Positions 48,682-58,662 are shown, counted from the stretch's first letter. The stretch: DNA of 64,000 bases from Gemmatimonadales bacterium (GCA_037189525.1 JBBCJC010000001.1:544001-608000), one strand, 5' to 3'. Numbers and translations are program-made. Notes: generated from the sequence alone by a model not told the origin.

Positions 48682-50042
48682 CAGGCCCTCCCGACCAGCG
48701 CGCCGATGGCCTTGACGAAGCGGCGCCGCTCGGCGGCATTCCACTCCGCCACCTGCGCAAGCTGTTTCCGAGGCACGGCGAGCTCGAGCCGGCCCAGCCC
48801 GCCGGTCGAGCGGCGCCGCGCGACGATTTCCTTGATCGTCGGCGCGGGTAGCGCCTCGCCCTGCTTGATGGCCGCCGCCACCTCCCGATAGGCCTGGCGA
48901 AAGGGGGTGCCCCGCTCCACCCGGCGCATCACCTCGTCGGTGGCGAGCACGCCCCCTTCGAGCATCTCGAGTCCGCGCTCGCGATTGACGCCGAGCGCCG
49001 GGACCACCTGCGCCATCATGGCCAGCATCTCTTCGGTACGCGACAGCCCCCGGATCAGCGGCTCTTTGAGCAGCTGGAAATCCCGATGATAGCCGCTGGT
49101 CAGCTTGCCGCGCAGGGCCAGCGTGGCCGACAGGTCGCCTTCCAGCGCGGCGGCCCGCCCCCGCGTGAGCTCAAAGACATCCGGGTTCCGCTTGTGCGGC
49201 ATGATGCTCGACCCGGTGGCAAAGGCCGCGGGCAACTCGAGCACGCCGAACTCCTCGCCGCTCAGCAGGATGACATCGGTGGCGAGCTTGGACAGGTCGT
49301 GTCCCAGCTGAACACACCAGAACAGCACCGCAGCCTCGAGTTTGCCGCGGCCATTCTGCACCTGGGCGACATTGTGCTCGAGTTCGCCGAAGCCTAACGC
49401 TGCCGCCGCCACCTCACGCTGAATCGGCAGCGGCACGCCATACCCCGCGCCGCTTCCGAGCGGCGAGCGATCGACCTGGCGCCAGACCGCCTCGAGCGAC
49501 TGCGCCGTATCGAGCAGGCCGCCGGCCAACGCGCCGGCCCAGAGCCCGGCGCTCGACGGCATGGCGCGTCGCAGATGGGTATAGCCGGGCCAGAGCGCGT
49601 CCTGATGCTCGTCGGCAAAGGTCAGCAACGCTCGGACGAGCTGCAACGTGAGCGAGTGCAGATGCAGCAGCCGGTCCTTGAGGAATAGCCGCACGTCGAC
49701 CGCCACCTGGTCATTGCGCGACCGGCCGGTATGAATCCGCTCGCCCGCGCTGCCCACCCGCCTGGTGACCCACGCTTCGATGGCCGAGTGGGCGTCTTCG
49801 TGCTCTTGCCCGATGACAAGCTTGCCGTCGCGGACGGCTTTGAGCGCCTTGCGCAGCGTGGCCTTGATCTTGTCCCGATCGGCGCGCGAAATCAGCTTCG
49901 ATGCCAGGAGCCCTTCGACGTGGCCCAGGCTGCCGATCACATCCCATTGCAGCAACACCCCGTCCCAATGACGATCATCGCCGACGGTATAGGCGAGCAT
50001 CAGTTCATCCGGCGGCGTTGCCTGCGACCACAGTGTCTTCAT
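48681..50042 (-). CDS. argH: Argininosuccinate lyase
   Basis: HTGRSRNDQ, PGYTH, GSSIMPHKRNPD; no C-terminal GNAT fusion. Confidence 0.96.
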   Translation of the reverse strand: MKTLWSQATPPDELMLAYTVGDDRHWDGVLLQWDVIGSLGHVEGLLASKLISRADRDKIKATLRKALKAVRDGKLVIGQEHEDAHSAIEAWVTRRVGSAGERIHTGRSRNDQVAVDVRLFLKDRLLHLHSLTLQLVRALLTFADEHQDALWPGYTHLRRAMPSSAGLWAGALAGGLLDTAQSLEAVWRQVDRSPLGSGAGYGVPLPIQREVAAAALGFGELEHNVAQVQNGRGKLEAAVLFWCVQLGHDLSKLATDVILLSGEEFGVLELPAAFATGSSIMPHKRNPDVFELTRGRAAALEGDLSATLALRGKLTSGYHRDFQLLKEPLIRGLSRTEEMLAMMAQVVPALGVNRERGLEMLEGGVLATDEVMRRVERGTPFRQAYREVAAAIKQGEALPAPTIKEIVARRRSTGGLGRLELAVPRKQLAQVAEWNAAERRRFVKAIGALVGRA

Positions 50043-51103
50043 CGGAGATACTCCTCGGCCAACGCCCGGTAGAATCCGCGCGCGGCAACCACTTCGGGGA
50101 GGTCGACGCTTTCATCCGGGGTGTGCGAGCGGGTGCTAGTGCCAGGCCCGACCTTGACGGCATCGGTGTGTCGGACGAAAACCCAATCGGAACAGGTCGG
50201 GCTGCCGAAGGTCTCGACATCGGGATTGATTCGCCGTGCCGCCTCAAGCAACCGCGACTGCGCCGGCGTTTCGCAGGGCACCAGCCGTTCCGAAGTCACC
50301 ACCACTTCGCAATCGAGCGCCGCACGAAGCGCGTCGGCAATCTCGCCGTGCTCCCACGACGGCGTGCTCCGGATATCCAGCACCGCCTTGGCGGAAGGGG
50401 GCGTGACATTGCGGCTCACCCCGGCCGACATCATGGTGGCCGTTACGGTGGCCCGGCCCAGAATCGGATGGACCCGCTCGCGCAGCAGATCGGGCAGCTT
50501 GACCAGGTCGCGTGCCAATTCGGTGATCGCGTTGGTAAAGCCGCCCTGCGATGCGTAGCCGGCGTGGCGCTGATCGCCCTTGGCAATCAGATCCACCATC
50601 ATCAGGCCGCGCTGGGCGTTGGAGATCCGCAGATTGGTCGGCTCGCCCACGACGGTCGCGTCGATCGGCGGCAGCGTGGCGACCGCGCGCCCCATCGAGG
50701 TGTTACGCGTCTCTTCGCCAAGACCGAATACCACCGCGAGACGGCCGCCAACCTCGTCGCCCCGCCGTTCGGCAAAGTCGAGTGCAGCCATGAACATCGC
50801 CGCGACCGACGCCTTGGCGTCGCCGGAGCCGCGACCATAGAGGAGATCGCCCTCCACGGTCGGAGTGAAGGGATCACGCGTCCATCCTTCACCGGCGGGC
50901 ACCACGTCGAGATGGGAAATGAAAGCGAGGGTCCGGCCCGGTCGCCCCGTCTCGACGATGATCTTGACCCCGGTATCGTCGTTGACGACATCGAGGCCGA
51001 GGGCGCGGGCGCGCCCCTCGACGAAGGTGGCGATCTCCGCTTCGGTCCCGCTCACCGAAGGGATCGCCACCAGTTCCTTCAGAAACTCGACTTCATTCCG
51101 CAA
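50039..51103 (-). CDS. argE: M20 deacylase (ArgE-like; acyl-citrulline/ornithine deacylase)
   Basis: SHLDVV, GRGSGDAK, EE, GEPT, HTPDE. Confidence 0.85.
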   Translation of the reverse strand: MRNEVEFLKELVAIPSVSGTEAEIATFVEGRARALGLDVVNDDTGVKIIVETGRPGRTLAFISHLDVVPAGEGWTRDPFTPTVEGDLLYGRGSGDAKASVAAMFMAALDFAERRGDEVGGRLAVVFGLGEETRNTSMGRAVATLPPIDATVVGEPTNLRISNAQRGLMMVDLIAKGDQRHAGYASQGGFTNAITELARDLVKLPDLLRERVHPILGRATVTATMMSAGVSRNVTPPSAKAVLDIRSTPSWEHGEIADALRAALDCEVVVTSERLVPCETPAQSRLLEAARRINPDVETFGSPTCSDWVFVRHTDAVKVGPGTSTRSHTPDESVDLPEVVAARGFYRALAEEYLR

Positions 51104-52028
51104 GTTCGGCCCCGACGTAGGTCGCCTTTTCCTTCTTGCCCACGATCATCGTGCCCGCGCCGGACCCGGTGAAGACTTCCTGCAGCAGGGAATCGGTCGC
51201 GCGCCCGTCGATGATGTGGGTCCGCTCGACTCCGCTGGTGGCCGCACGGATGCAAGCCTCGACCTTGGGACGCATCCCGCCCGCGAGCGCGCCCGACTCC
51301 ATCAGCTGGGTCAGGTCGTCCGGGTCCGCAAAGGTCACCAGCGACGCCGGATCGTTCCGATCACGGAGCACGCCGGGCACCCCGGTCAGGAAGATCAGCT
51401 TCTGCGCCTTGAGCGCGATCGCGATCCGCTCCGCCACCGTGTCGGCGTTGACGTTGAAGACGTGGCCGTCTTTGTCGCCGGCCAGCGAGCAGATCACCGG
51501 CACGAAGCGCCCGTCGAGCAGGCTGGTGAGCACTCGGCCGTCGACGGCCTCGATGTCGCCGACGTGGCCGTAGTCGACGGTCCGCACGCTCCCGCTATCG
51601 TCCTTGACCGATACCGGCGGACGGCGAACAGCGCTCAGCAGATCGGCATCGACCCCGCTCAGACCGACACCCTGCACACCATGCCGCCGCAACGCACAGA
51701 GCAGGTCGAGATTGACTGTGCCCGAGAAGACCATCTTGGCCACTTCGAGGGCGGAGTCGTCGGTGACGCGTCGTCCGGCCACGATTTCCGGCTCCTGTCC
51801 GAGCCGGCGGCTCAGCGCCGTGGCCTGAGGACCGCCACCATGTACGATGACGATCCGAATCCCGAGGCTCGACAGCAGGCCAAGCTGCGCAGCAACCTGA
51901 TCCAGACTGTGGGAATCCTCGACCACCTCGCCGCCGACTTTGACGACAAAGACATGATCCCGATAGGCGCGGACGTACCGAAGCGTCCCCTTGAGCCCGG
52001 CCAGCGGCCGAGTAGCGTCGTGCGGCAT
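51093..52028 (-). CDS. argB: N-acylglutamate kinase (stand-alone)
   Basis: VVKVGG, HGGG, GRRVTD, NVNAD, GGMRPK; 311 aa with no NAT domain. Confidence 0.93.
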   Translation of the reverse strand: MPHDATRPLAGLKGTLRYVRAYRDHVFVVKVGGEVVEDSHSLDQVAAQLGLLSSLGIRIVIVHGGGPQATALSRRLGQEPEIVAGRRVTDDSALEVAKMVFSGTVNLDLLCALRRHGVQGVGLSGVDADLLSAVRRPPVSVKDDSGSVRTVDYGHVGDIEAVDGRVLTSLLDGRFVPVICSLAGDKDGHVFNVNADTVAERIAIALKAQKLIFLTGVPGVLRDRNDPASLVTFADPDDLTQLMESGALAGGMRPKVEACIRAATSGVERTHIIDGRATDSLLQEVFTGSGAGTMIVGKKEKATYVGAELAE

Positions 52029-53041
52029 TACTTTCTCCCGATCAAGTCCAGCAGCAGCGCGCGCTGGACGTGCAAGCGATTCTCGGCCTCGTCGATCACG
52101 ACCGAGTTGGGGCCGTCGAGGACGGCGTCGTCGATTTCCACGTTACGGCGCACCGGCAGACAGTGCATCACGATGCCCTTGCCGCCGGCGGTGGCCTTGG
52201 TCGCCGCCGTGGTCATACGCCAGTCACGCAGGCCGGCGCGGAACTCGCGCTCCGCCTCAGGATTGCCGTAGTGCTGCAGCGAACCCCATGACTTGACGTA
52301 GACCGCATCCGCACCGACCAGCGCATCCGACATCGAGTGCGACAGGGTCACCCGACCGCCGTTGGCCGCCGCCTGCTGATAAATCACGGCCATATCGTCG
52401 GCGTCCAGATCGAAGCCCTGCGGCCGCGCAATCGTGATATCCATACCGCACTGCGCCGCGGCGATTGCCGCGCTGGCCGGCACGGCGGTCGGCAGCGCTT
52501 TCGGGTGCCAGGCCCAGCTCAGCACGAACTTCTTGTTCTGCGTGTTGCCGAGCTTTTCACGCAAGGTCAGCGCATCCGCCAGCCCCTGACAGGGATGCCG
52601 CCGCGCCGATTCCAGGTTGATGACCGGCTTCTCGCTGTACGCAGCAAAGTCTTTGATGACCCGATCCTGCCGCTCCTTGACCCATTCGGTGCCCTTGGGG
52701 AACACCCGGACACCGATGGCGTCAGCGTAGCGACCGAGCACGCGCGAGGCCTCGATCAGATGCTCGACCGTGTTGCCCTCCATCACCGCGCCGCGCTCGG
52801 TTTCCCAGGCCCAGCTGCTCCGGCCCGGTTCGAGCACGATCATGTGGCCGCCGTGCTTGAACATGGCCGATTCGAAGCTGGCGCGGGTGCGCAGGCTCGG
52901 GTCCATGAAGGCGGCCGCGAGGATCTTCCCCTCGAGCCCGCCCGTGACCTCGCCGCGCTTGACCTTGGCGGCCAGATCGAGAATGGCCTCGAACTGCTCT
53001 TTGCTGAGATCCTCGGTGGCGAGGAAGTCACGCTTTCTCAT
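52028..53041 (-). CDS. argF: N-acyl(succinyl/acetyl)-ornithine carbamoyltransferase, ArgF'
   Basis: SLRT, HPCQ, WAWHPK, KSWG, HCLPVRRN (AOTCase/SOTCase signature). Confidence 0.92.
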   Translation of the reverse strand: MRKRDFLATEDLSKEQFEAILDLAAKVKRGEVTGGLEGKILAAAFMDPSLRTRASFESAMFKHGGHMIVLEPGRSSWAWETERGAVMEGNTVEHLIEASRVLGRYADAIGVRVFPKGTEWVKERQDRVIKDFAAYSEKPVINLESARRHPCQGLADALTLREKLGNTQNKKFVLSWAWHPKALPTAVPASAAIAAAQCGMDITIARPQGFDLDADDMAVIYQQAAANGGRVTLSHSMSDALVGADAVYVKSWGSLQHYGNPEAEREFRAGLRDWRMTTAATKATAGGKGIVMHCLPVRRNVEIDDAVLDGPNSVVIDEAENRLHVQRALLLDLIGRK

Positions 53042-54189
53042 GTCAGAACCCGACGCAACGCGTCAATCAACAGGTTGGCTTCCGCTCGCGAGAACGAAAG
53101 CGGCGGCATCAGCCGCAGAATCGAAGGATCACCCGAGGTGCCGGTCAGCACCTTGAGATCGAACAGTGCTTTCTGCACGGCGGACGCCGGTCGATCGAGC
53201 ACGATCCCGATCAGGAGTCCGCGACCGATCACGTCGGTCACGCCCGGCAGCTTGCTGACGCCCCGCCGGATATGATCACCGACCATCACGGCATTCTCGA
53301 CCAGCCGGTCCTTGACGATCACATCGATCGTGGCCAGCGCAGCCGCCGACGCAACGGGACCGCCGCCGAAGGTGCTGCCCAGATCGCCGGTCGAGAGCCG
53401 AGAGGTCATGGCGGTCGTCGCCACCATGGCGCCGATCGGAATGCCCGACGCCAGGCCCTTGGCCAGCGTCAGCACGTCCGGCACAACCTCATAGGCTTCG
53501 GCCGCCGTAAATGCTCCGCAGCGACCGACACCGCACTGGATCTCGTCGAAGATCAGGACCGCGCCTTCGCGGTCGCAGGCAATCCGCGCCGCACGCAGGA
53601 AGTCGGGCGAACAGTCGCGGGCTCCGGCCAGACCCTGCACCGGCTCGACGATCACGGCCGCCACGGTATCGTCGACTTCAGCGCTGATGGCGGCGACGTC
53701 GTTGAACGGCACCTTGGTCGACAACGGCATCCCGGCCCGCTTGGCGCCCTCTTCGTACTTGGCGCCGTCGGTCACCGCCAGCGTCGCGACGGTCCGGCCA
53801 TGCCAGCCACCGGTAACCGAGACGATCCGCTGCCGGCCGGTGACCTTGCGCGCCAGGGTCAGAGCGTTCTCGTTGGCCTCCGCCCCGCTGTTGCAGAAAA
53901 AGACCTTGTTGAGCGGGCCCGGGCACAGTTCGGCGATCCGCTCGGCCAGCTCTTCACGGCCCGAGTGTGGAATCGCGGTCGAGTAGAAGATCAGCTTGGC
54001 CGCCTGGTCCGCAATCGCCTTGACGACGGCCGGATGGCAGTGGCCGGTCGACGCCACGGCATGACCTCCGTAGGCATCGAGCCACTTTTCACCCTTGTCG
54101 TCGATCAGCCAGGACCCCTGACCCGACTCGGCCCGGAGGGGGAACTGCGCATAGACCGGCAACCAGGCGCCGGTATTCGATGTACTCAT
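53038..54189 (-). CDS. argD: N-acylornithine aminotransferase
   Basis: NSGAEANE, HGRT, DEIQCG, AKGLASG, STFGG. Confidence 0.9.
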   Translation of the reverse strand: MSTSNTGAWLPVYAQFPLRAESGQGSWLIDDKGEKWLDAYGGHAVASTGHCHPAVVKAIADQAAKLIFYSTAIPHSGREELAERIAELCPGPLNKVFFCNSGAEANENALTLARKVTGRQRIVSVTGGWHGRTVATLAVTDGAKYEEGAKRAGMPLSTKVPFNDVAAISAEVDDTVAAVIVEPVQGLAGARDCSPDFLRAARIACDREGAVLIFDEIQCGVGRCGAFTAAEAYEVVPDVLTLAKGLASGIPIGAMVATTAMTSRLSTGDLGSTFGGGPVASAAALATIDVIVKDRLVENAVMVGDHIRRGVSKLPGVTDVIGRGLLIGIVLDRPASAVQKALFDLKVLTGTSGDPSILRLMPPLSFSRAEANLLIDALRRVLT

Positions 54190-54233
54190 CGGCTCGCTTT
54201 CGTGTCCCGGGCTGCCGTCAGCAGCCCGCATCG

Positions 54234-55262
54234 TCAGATCGGATAGGCCGGCGCGATACGAAGCCCCGCCGTCTCTTCCAGACCCAGCGCCAGGTTCATC
54301 GCCTGCACGCCTTGTCCGCCAGCACCCTTCACCAGATTGTCGATCGCCACGGTCACGGCCACTTCGCGTCCGTCCGGCGAGCCGGTCACGTGGATCAGCG
54401 CGTCGTTGGTTCCCACGATATGGGTCAGCTGCGGCGGCGCCGAGGTGGCCCGCACGAACGGGCGCGCCGCAGCCAATCCGGCAGCTGCGCTCTTGACGGC
54501 ATCGGCCACCGGCTCGTTCAGACGCGCATGCACCGTGGCGTAGATGCCGCGTACGAACGGGCCCGAGTGGGTCAGCAACCGCGGCGTGACACTATCACGA
54601 CCGGTCCAGTGCCGCCACTGCTCGGTAATCTCGGCCTCGTGCCGGTGGCTGAGCACCGAATAGGCAAAGACGTTGTTGGCCCGAGCCGGGTGATGCGTGG
54701 TCGGCCGAGGATGAACCCCGGCGCCGCTCGACCCGGTAATGGCGTAGACGGTCGGCTCACCGGCCAGCGGAGCATCCTTGAGCAACCAGAGCGCCAGCTG
54801 CGCCGCCGTGGCAAAACATCCGGGAGCAGCGATGGCCTTGGCGCCCCGCAACTCCTCGCCGCGCACATCGGCCAGCCCGTAGGCAAAGCGGTGTACCAGG
54901 TCGGGTGACGGATGCGCACCGTAGTAGGTCTCGTAGAGCCGCCCATCCTGAATCCGGAAGTCGGCCGCGAGGTCGACTACCAGCCCGGGGCCGGCATCCA
55001 CGATCTCGCCCATCAGCTTGGACGACTCGCCATGCTCGAGGGACAGGAACACCACGTCCGCCTGCTTGGCCGCCTCGCCCGGCGTGTCGCCGGTGAAACG
55101 GACATCCGGATACGCAGCCAGCGCGGGATGCACTTCACCCACGGCCTTCCCGGCCTGGCTCCGGCTGGTCGCCTTGATTTCAGTGACCGCCGGATGCTGG
55201 AAGAGCAACCGCAGCAGCTCACCTCCTGCGTAGCCGGCGGCACCGATCACGGCGGCCCGCAT
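54234..55262 (-). CDS. argC: N-acyl-gamma-glutamyl-phosphate reductase
   Basis: GAAGYAG, DLAADFR, PGCF, GSSGAG, DNLVKGAGGQ. Confidence 0.95.
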   Translation of the reverse strand: MRAAVIGAAGYAGGELLRLLFQHPAVTEIKATSRSQAGKAVGEVHPALAAYPDVRFTGDTPGEAAKQADVVFLSLEHGESSKLMGEIVDAGPGLVVDLAADFRIQDGRLYETYYGAHPSPDLVHRFAYGLADVRGEELRGAKAIAAPGCFATAAQLALWLLKDAPLAGEPTVYAITGSSGAGVHPRPTTHHPARANNVFAYSVLSHRHEAEITEQWRHWTGRDSVTPRLLTHSGPFVRGIYATVHARLNEPVADAVKSAAAGLAAARPFVRATSAPPQLTHIVGTNDALIHVTGSPDGREVAVTVAIDNLVKGAGGQGVQAMNLALGLEETAGLRIAPAYPI

Positions 55263-56350
55263 CAGGCCGCTCCCCGCTTGGCCATCCAGGCGCGCACCGC
55301 AGGCTCGACCGCGTCCACCAGGCCGGCCGCATTGCGCAGCGCGTTGAACGACGGCAGGCCGAGCGAATTGGCGATGAAGTCGCGCCCGACCTGATTGTCG
55401 GTGGCGGGACCGGTAAAGGCAGTGATCGACAGGTTGAACCGGTGCCGATAGAGCTCGACCGCGCCCCAGCACGCCACCGGATCAGGCGCTGCCATCACGT
55501 GCGCGGCGCCGACACCCATCAGCTCCGGATCGAGCAGGATGTCCTGCACGCCATACTCGCCCAGGATCCCGTCGCCCAACTCGGCGACGATGACGTCGGG
55601 CGACCCCGAATGCCGGCTCGCCAGCCGGCCAAGCAGCCCCTTGGCCACTGCGACCGTCTCGGGCCCAGCATGGGTGCTCGCAATTCCGGCGTCGTTGAAC
55701 GCCAGCGCAGCAATCGCACCGGCATCGAGCATCGACAACGTGTCCCGCATCAGCGACACGCCGGTCAGCTTGACGGCGCCGACCTTGAGACCGCGCCGAG
55801 CCAGCCCGCGCACCAGTTCGGTGGCGGCGACGGTCTTGCCGGCGTTCATGCAGGTCCCGACCACATAGACGATCGGCGTCGACGGGTCGACGTGCGACGG
55901 CATCGAGACCGCCCCGTCCCGAATCGAGGCCGGCCGGCCGATCCGGTCGCCCAGATCAGGAAAGGTCAGCACCGACCCCAGCACTTCGGCGTCGAACGGC
56001 GGGCCGATGTCCGGATTGACCGAGGTGCAGCGACCGAGAATGCCGCCCAGATTGAGGACATTGATCGTATCGCCCACGGCCACCGTGGCAGGCACCTCGC
56101 CCGCGTAGCCGCGCAGGGCGCGTCGCGAACCAAGCGCACCGGCCAGGACATCGCCGGCCCGGAGCGACATCATCCGTCCCGTGACATCCTCGACGGTGTT
56201 GTAGCTCGACTTGTCGGACAGGATCCGTACCGCCAGGATCTGCCCCTCCTCGGCGCGGATCTCGTCGCCCAGAATCACGTCGGTGTTGAGCCGCGCGTTC
56301 TTGGTGGACGACGAAATCCGATCGAGCCGAACCCGTGTCGTGCGTACCAC
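55262..56350 (-). CDS. DUF1611-like P-loop protein embedded in the arg operon
   Basis: VVGTCMNAGKT, AVKLTG, DAGIAST, VAELGDG; its stop overlaps the argC start. Confidence 0.75.
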   Translation of the reverse strand: MVRTTRVRLDRISSSTKNARLNTDVILGDEIRAEEGQILAVRILSDKSSYNTVEDVTGRMMSLRAGDVLAGALGSRRALRGYAGEVPATVAVGDTINVLNLGGILGRCTSVNPDIGPPFDAEVLGSVLTFPDLGDRIGRPASIRDGAVSMPSHVDPSTPIVYVVGTCMNAGKTVAATELVRGLARRGLKVGAVKLTGVSLMRDTLSMLDAGAIAALAFNDAGIASTHAGPETVAVAKGLLGRLASRHSGSPDVIVAELGDGILGEYGVQDILLDPELMGVGAAHVMAAPDPVACWGAVELYRHRFNLSITAFTGPATDNQVGRDFIANSLGLPSFNALRNAAGLVDAVEPAVRAWMAKRGAA

Positions 56351-56355
56351 GTCTG

Positions 56356-57555
56356 CTACCTCCGCTCCGAATTCTTCTCGGCCACTTTGGCCGCCAGCAG
56401 CGACGGGATCGCGCCGATGCGCGCGAAGGCCCGTGCCTCATCACCGGTCCAGAGCCGGTTCTCTTCGCCGTACGTCGCGACGGACTTGTCCATCAGCGAG
56501 AAGGGGCTTCGCGTCCCGGTCACCATGAACCGGCCCGGGGCCAGGCGGACCCGCGTCTCGCCGGTGACCCGCTGCTGCGAACTGGTGATCAGCGCCTCGA
56601 TGTCCCGAAGCGCGGGGTCGAAGTAATGCCCTTCGTGGAGCCGGTCGCCGTAGAAGCGCGACAGGTGGTCCTTCCAGTAGGTCTGCCACTTGGTGAGCAC
56701 CAGTTTCTCGAGCTCCCGGTGCGCCGTGATCAGAAGCGACGCGGCGCCCGCTTCGAACCCGATCCGCCCCTTGATGCCCAGCGCAGTCTCGCCCACGTGG
56801 ATGTTGTGGCCGATCCCGTAGCGCTCAGTGTACTCGCTGAGCGCGGCAATCAGATCGGCGCCCGTATACGCCTTGCCGTCGAGCGAGACCGGCACACCTT
56901 CCTTCCAGCCGATCACGACATCGACGGGCGCTGGCGCGTCGGCGGGCGGGTCCAGCAGCTCCGCAGGCGGCGCGGCCCAGGTATCGTGGGTCCAGCCGCC
57001 ACCCCAGGTGGTACCCCAGAGACCCTTGTTGATGCTGAACGCACCGGCCTTGGGCGGCACCGGCAGCTTGCGGGCCTCGAGATAGGCGATAGCGGCATCC
57101 CTGGTGAGCGACTCGTCCCGAATCGGCGTCACGATCTCCATTTCGGGCGCCAGCACCCGGATCGCGATGTCGAACCGGATCTGGTCGTTGCCGGCGCCGG
57201 TCGAGCCGTGCGCAATGGCCCCGGCGCCGATCGACCGGGCCGTCTCGATAACCGACAGCGCCTGCTGAGTCCGCTCGGCCGACACGCTGAGGGGATAGAC
57301 CTCACCGCGGAGGACGTTGCCCTGGATCAGGTAGCGAACAAACCGATCGAACACGGGCTGGCGGGCATCGACTTCATGATGCGCAACCGCGCCGACCGCC
57401 TCGGCCTGCTTGCGAATCTGCGCCAGTTCCGCGGCCGAGGTGCCGCCGGTGTTGACGTAGACGGTATGGACGGCGTAACCCTGCTCGGCGAGCCGAGGGA
57501 CGCAATAGCTGGTATCGAGGCCGCCGGAGAAGGCGAGGGCGATGGTTTTTTGCAT
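56356..57555 (-). CDS. argG: Argininosuccinate synthase
   Basis: AFSGGLDTS, HGSTGAGNDQIRF, GIKGR; ATG 57555. Confidence 0.96.
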   Translation of the reverse strand: MQKTIALAFSGGLDTSYCVPRLAEQGYAVHTVYVNTGGTSAAELAQIRKQAEAVGAVAHHEVDARQPVFDRFVRYLIQGNVLRGEVYPLSVSAERTQQALSVIETARSIGAGAIAHGSTGAGNDQIRFDIAIRVLAPEMEIVTPIRDESLTRDAAIAYLEARKLPVPPKAGAFSINKGLWGTTWGGGWTHDTWAAPPAELLDPPADAPAPVDVVIGWKEGVPVSLDGKAYTGADLIAALSEYTERYGIGHNIHVGETALGIKGRIGFEAGAASLLITAHRELEKLVLTKWQTYWKDHLSRFYGDRLHEGHYFDPALRDIEALITSSQQRVTGETRVRLAPGRFMVTGTRSPFSLMDKSVATYGEENRLWTGDEARAFARIGAIPSLLAAKVAEKNSERR

Positions 57556-57592
57556 AGTGCATAAACATGCAGAACAGTCGCCCACTATGCAA
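57550..57592 (-). promoter_or_regulatory. ARG box and arg promoter
   Basis: TGCAT-AAAC-ATGCA (57558-57571) overlaps the -10 of TTGCAT - 17 nt - CATGTT; flanked by a 10-bp inverted repeat TTGCATAGTG/CACTATGCAA. Confidence 0.78.
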
Positions 57593-57948
57593 GTCCCCGC
57601 CTGTAACAGCCATCGCCGGCGGGCTTTGCCGCAATCGGCGGCAGCATCGCTATCCTCCTCAGCGCGGGCCACGACCTGGAACCACCCTCACCGCGACCTC
57701 GGCCATCCCGAGTCCACCTGGGCGTTCGGCTTCCGCTATAATCGAGTGATCGGGCGGGGCCTGACACACAAACGCTCCATGCTCTCGCCTATCTGTGCAT
57801 GGATTTGCGGGACTCGCGCGTCTCAATCTTTACCGGGCCTGAACACCGGCACCTGCCGCGCAGCCGCTTCGACCGGTCATCGATGCGCGGATTGCGCGCC
57901 ATGCATGAAGCCCACGCCTCAGTCCTACCGCCACACCAGGAGGCCCGC

Positions 57949-58662
57949 GTGTCCGATACACCGCTCCTGACGGCCGCGTGGCTGGACCTGCTGATGGTCA
58001 ACTTCGCGGTCGAGCCTGCCCGGCTGGCTCCGCTCGTTCCTGCCGGAACGGAACTCGATACCCATCAAGGGGTTACCTACGCGAGCCTGGTGGCATTCCG
58101 GTTCGTGGACACCCGGGTCCTGGGCTGGAAGATTCCCTTTCACCACCGCTTCGAAGAGCTGAATCTCCGCTTCTACGTCCGGCGCCAGGCGGGGAGTGAA
58201 CTCCGCCGGGCGGTGGTCTTCATCCGGGAAGTGGTGCCTCGGGCCGCGATTGCCCTGGTGGCACGGGCCCTCTACAACGAGCCCTACATCGCGCGCCCGA
58301 TGCGGCATCGGGTCGGGGGCGACCCGCCGAGCGTGTCATATGGATGGCGGGTCGGCGGGAGGTGGCACACGCTCTCCGCCCGGGCTCGAGGATCGGCCAC
58401 GGTTCCTGGCGACGACAGCGTGGAGGCGTTCATCACCGAGCATTATTGGGGTTACACCAGACAACGGGATGGCGGAACGCTCGAGTATCGGGTTCAGCAC
58501 CCGCGATGGCGCGTCTGGCAGGCCGAGTTGGACCCCCTGCCAGATCTGGCACCGCTCTATGGCCCGGCGTGGGCGGAGGCTCTGAATCGACCGGTATCGG
58601 TGCTGCTCGCGGACGGATCTCCGGTCAGCGTCTATCGCGGCGTCTGCCTCCCGGACGCGTGA
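57949..58662 (+). CDS. YqjF/DUF2071-family protein
   Basis: GTG after AGGAGG; FEELNLRFYV, FITEHYWGY, YRVQHPRW. Confidence 0.85.
   Translation: MSDTPLLTAAWLDLLMVNFAVEPARLAPLVPAGTELDTHQGVTYASLVAFRFVDTRVLGWKIPFHHRFEELNLRFYVRRQAGSELRRAVVFIREVVPRAAIALVARALYNEPYIARPMRHRVGGDPPSVSYGWRVGGRWHTLSARARGSATVPGDDSVEAFITEHYWGYTRQRDGGTLEYRVQHPRWRVWQAELDPLPDLAPLYGPAWAEALNRPVSVLLADGSPVSVYRGVCLPDA

Noticed and set aside
48229..57555. LysW/LysX carrier-protein route for ornithine synthesis
   Set aside because: No small Zn-ribbon EDWGE-type carrier and no ATP-grasp ligase in the operon.
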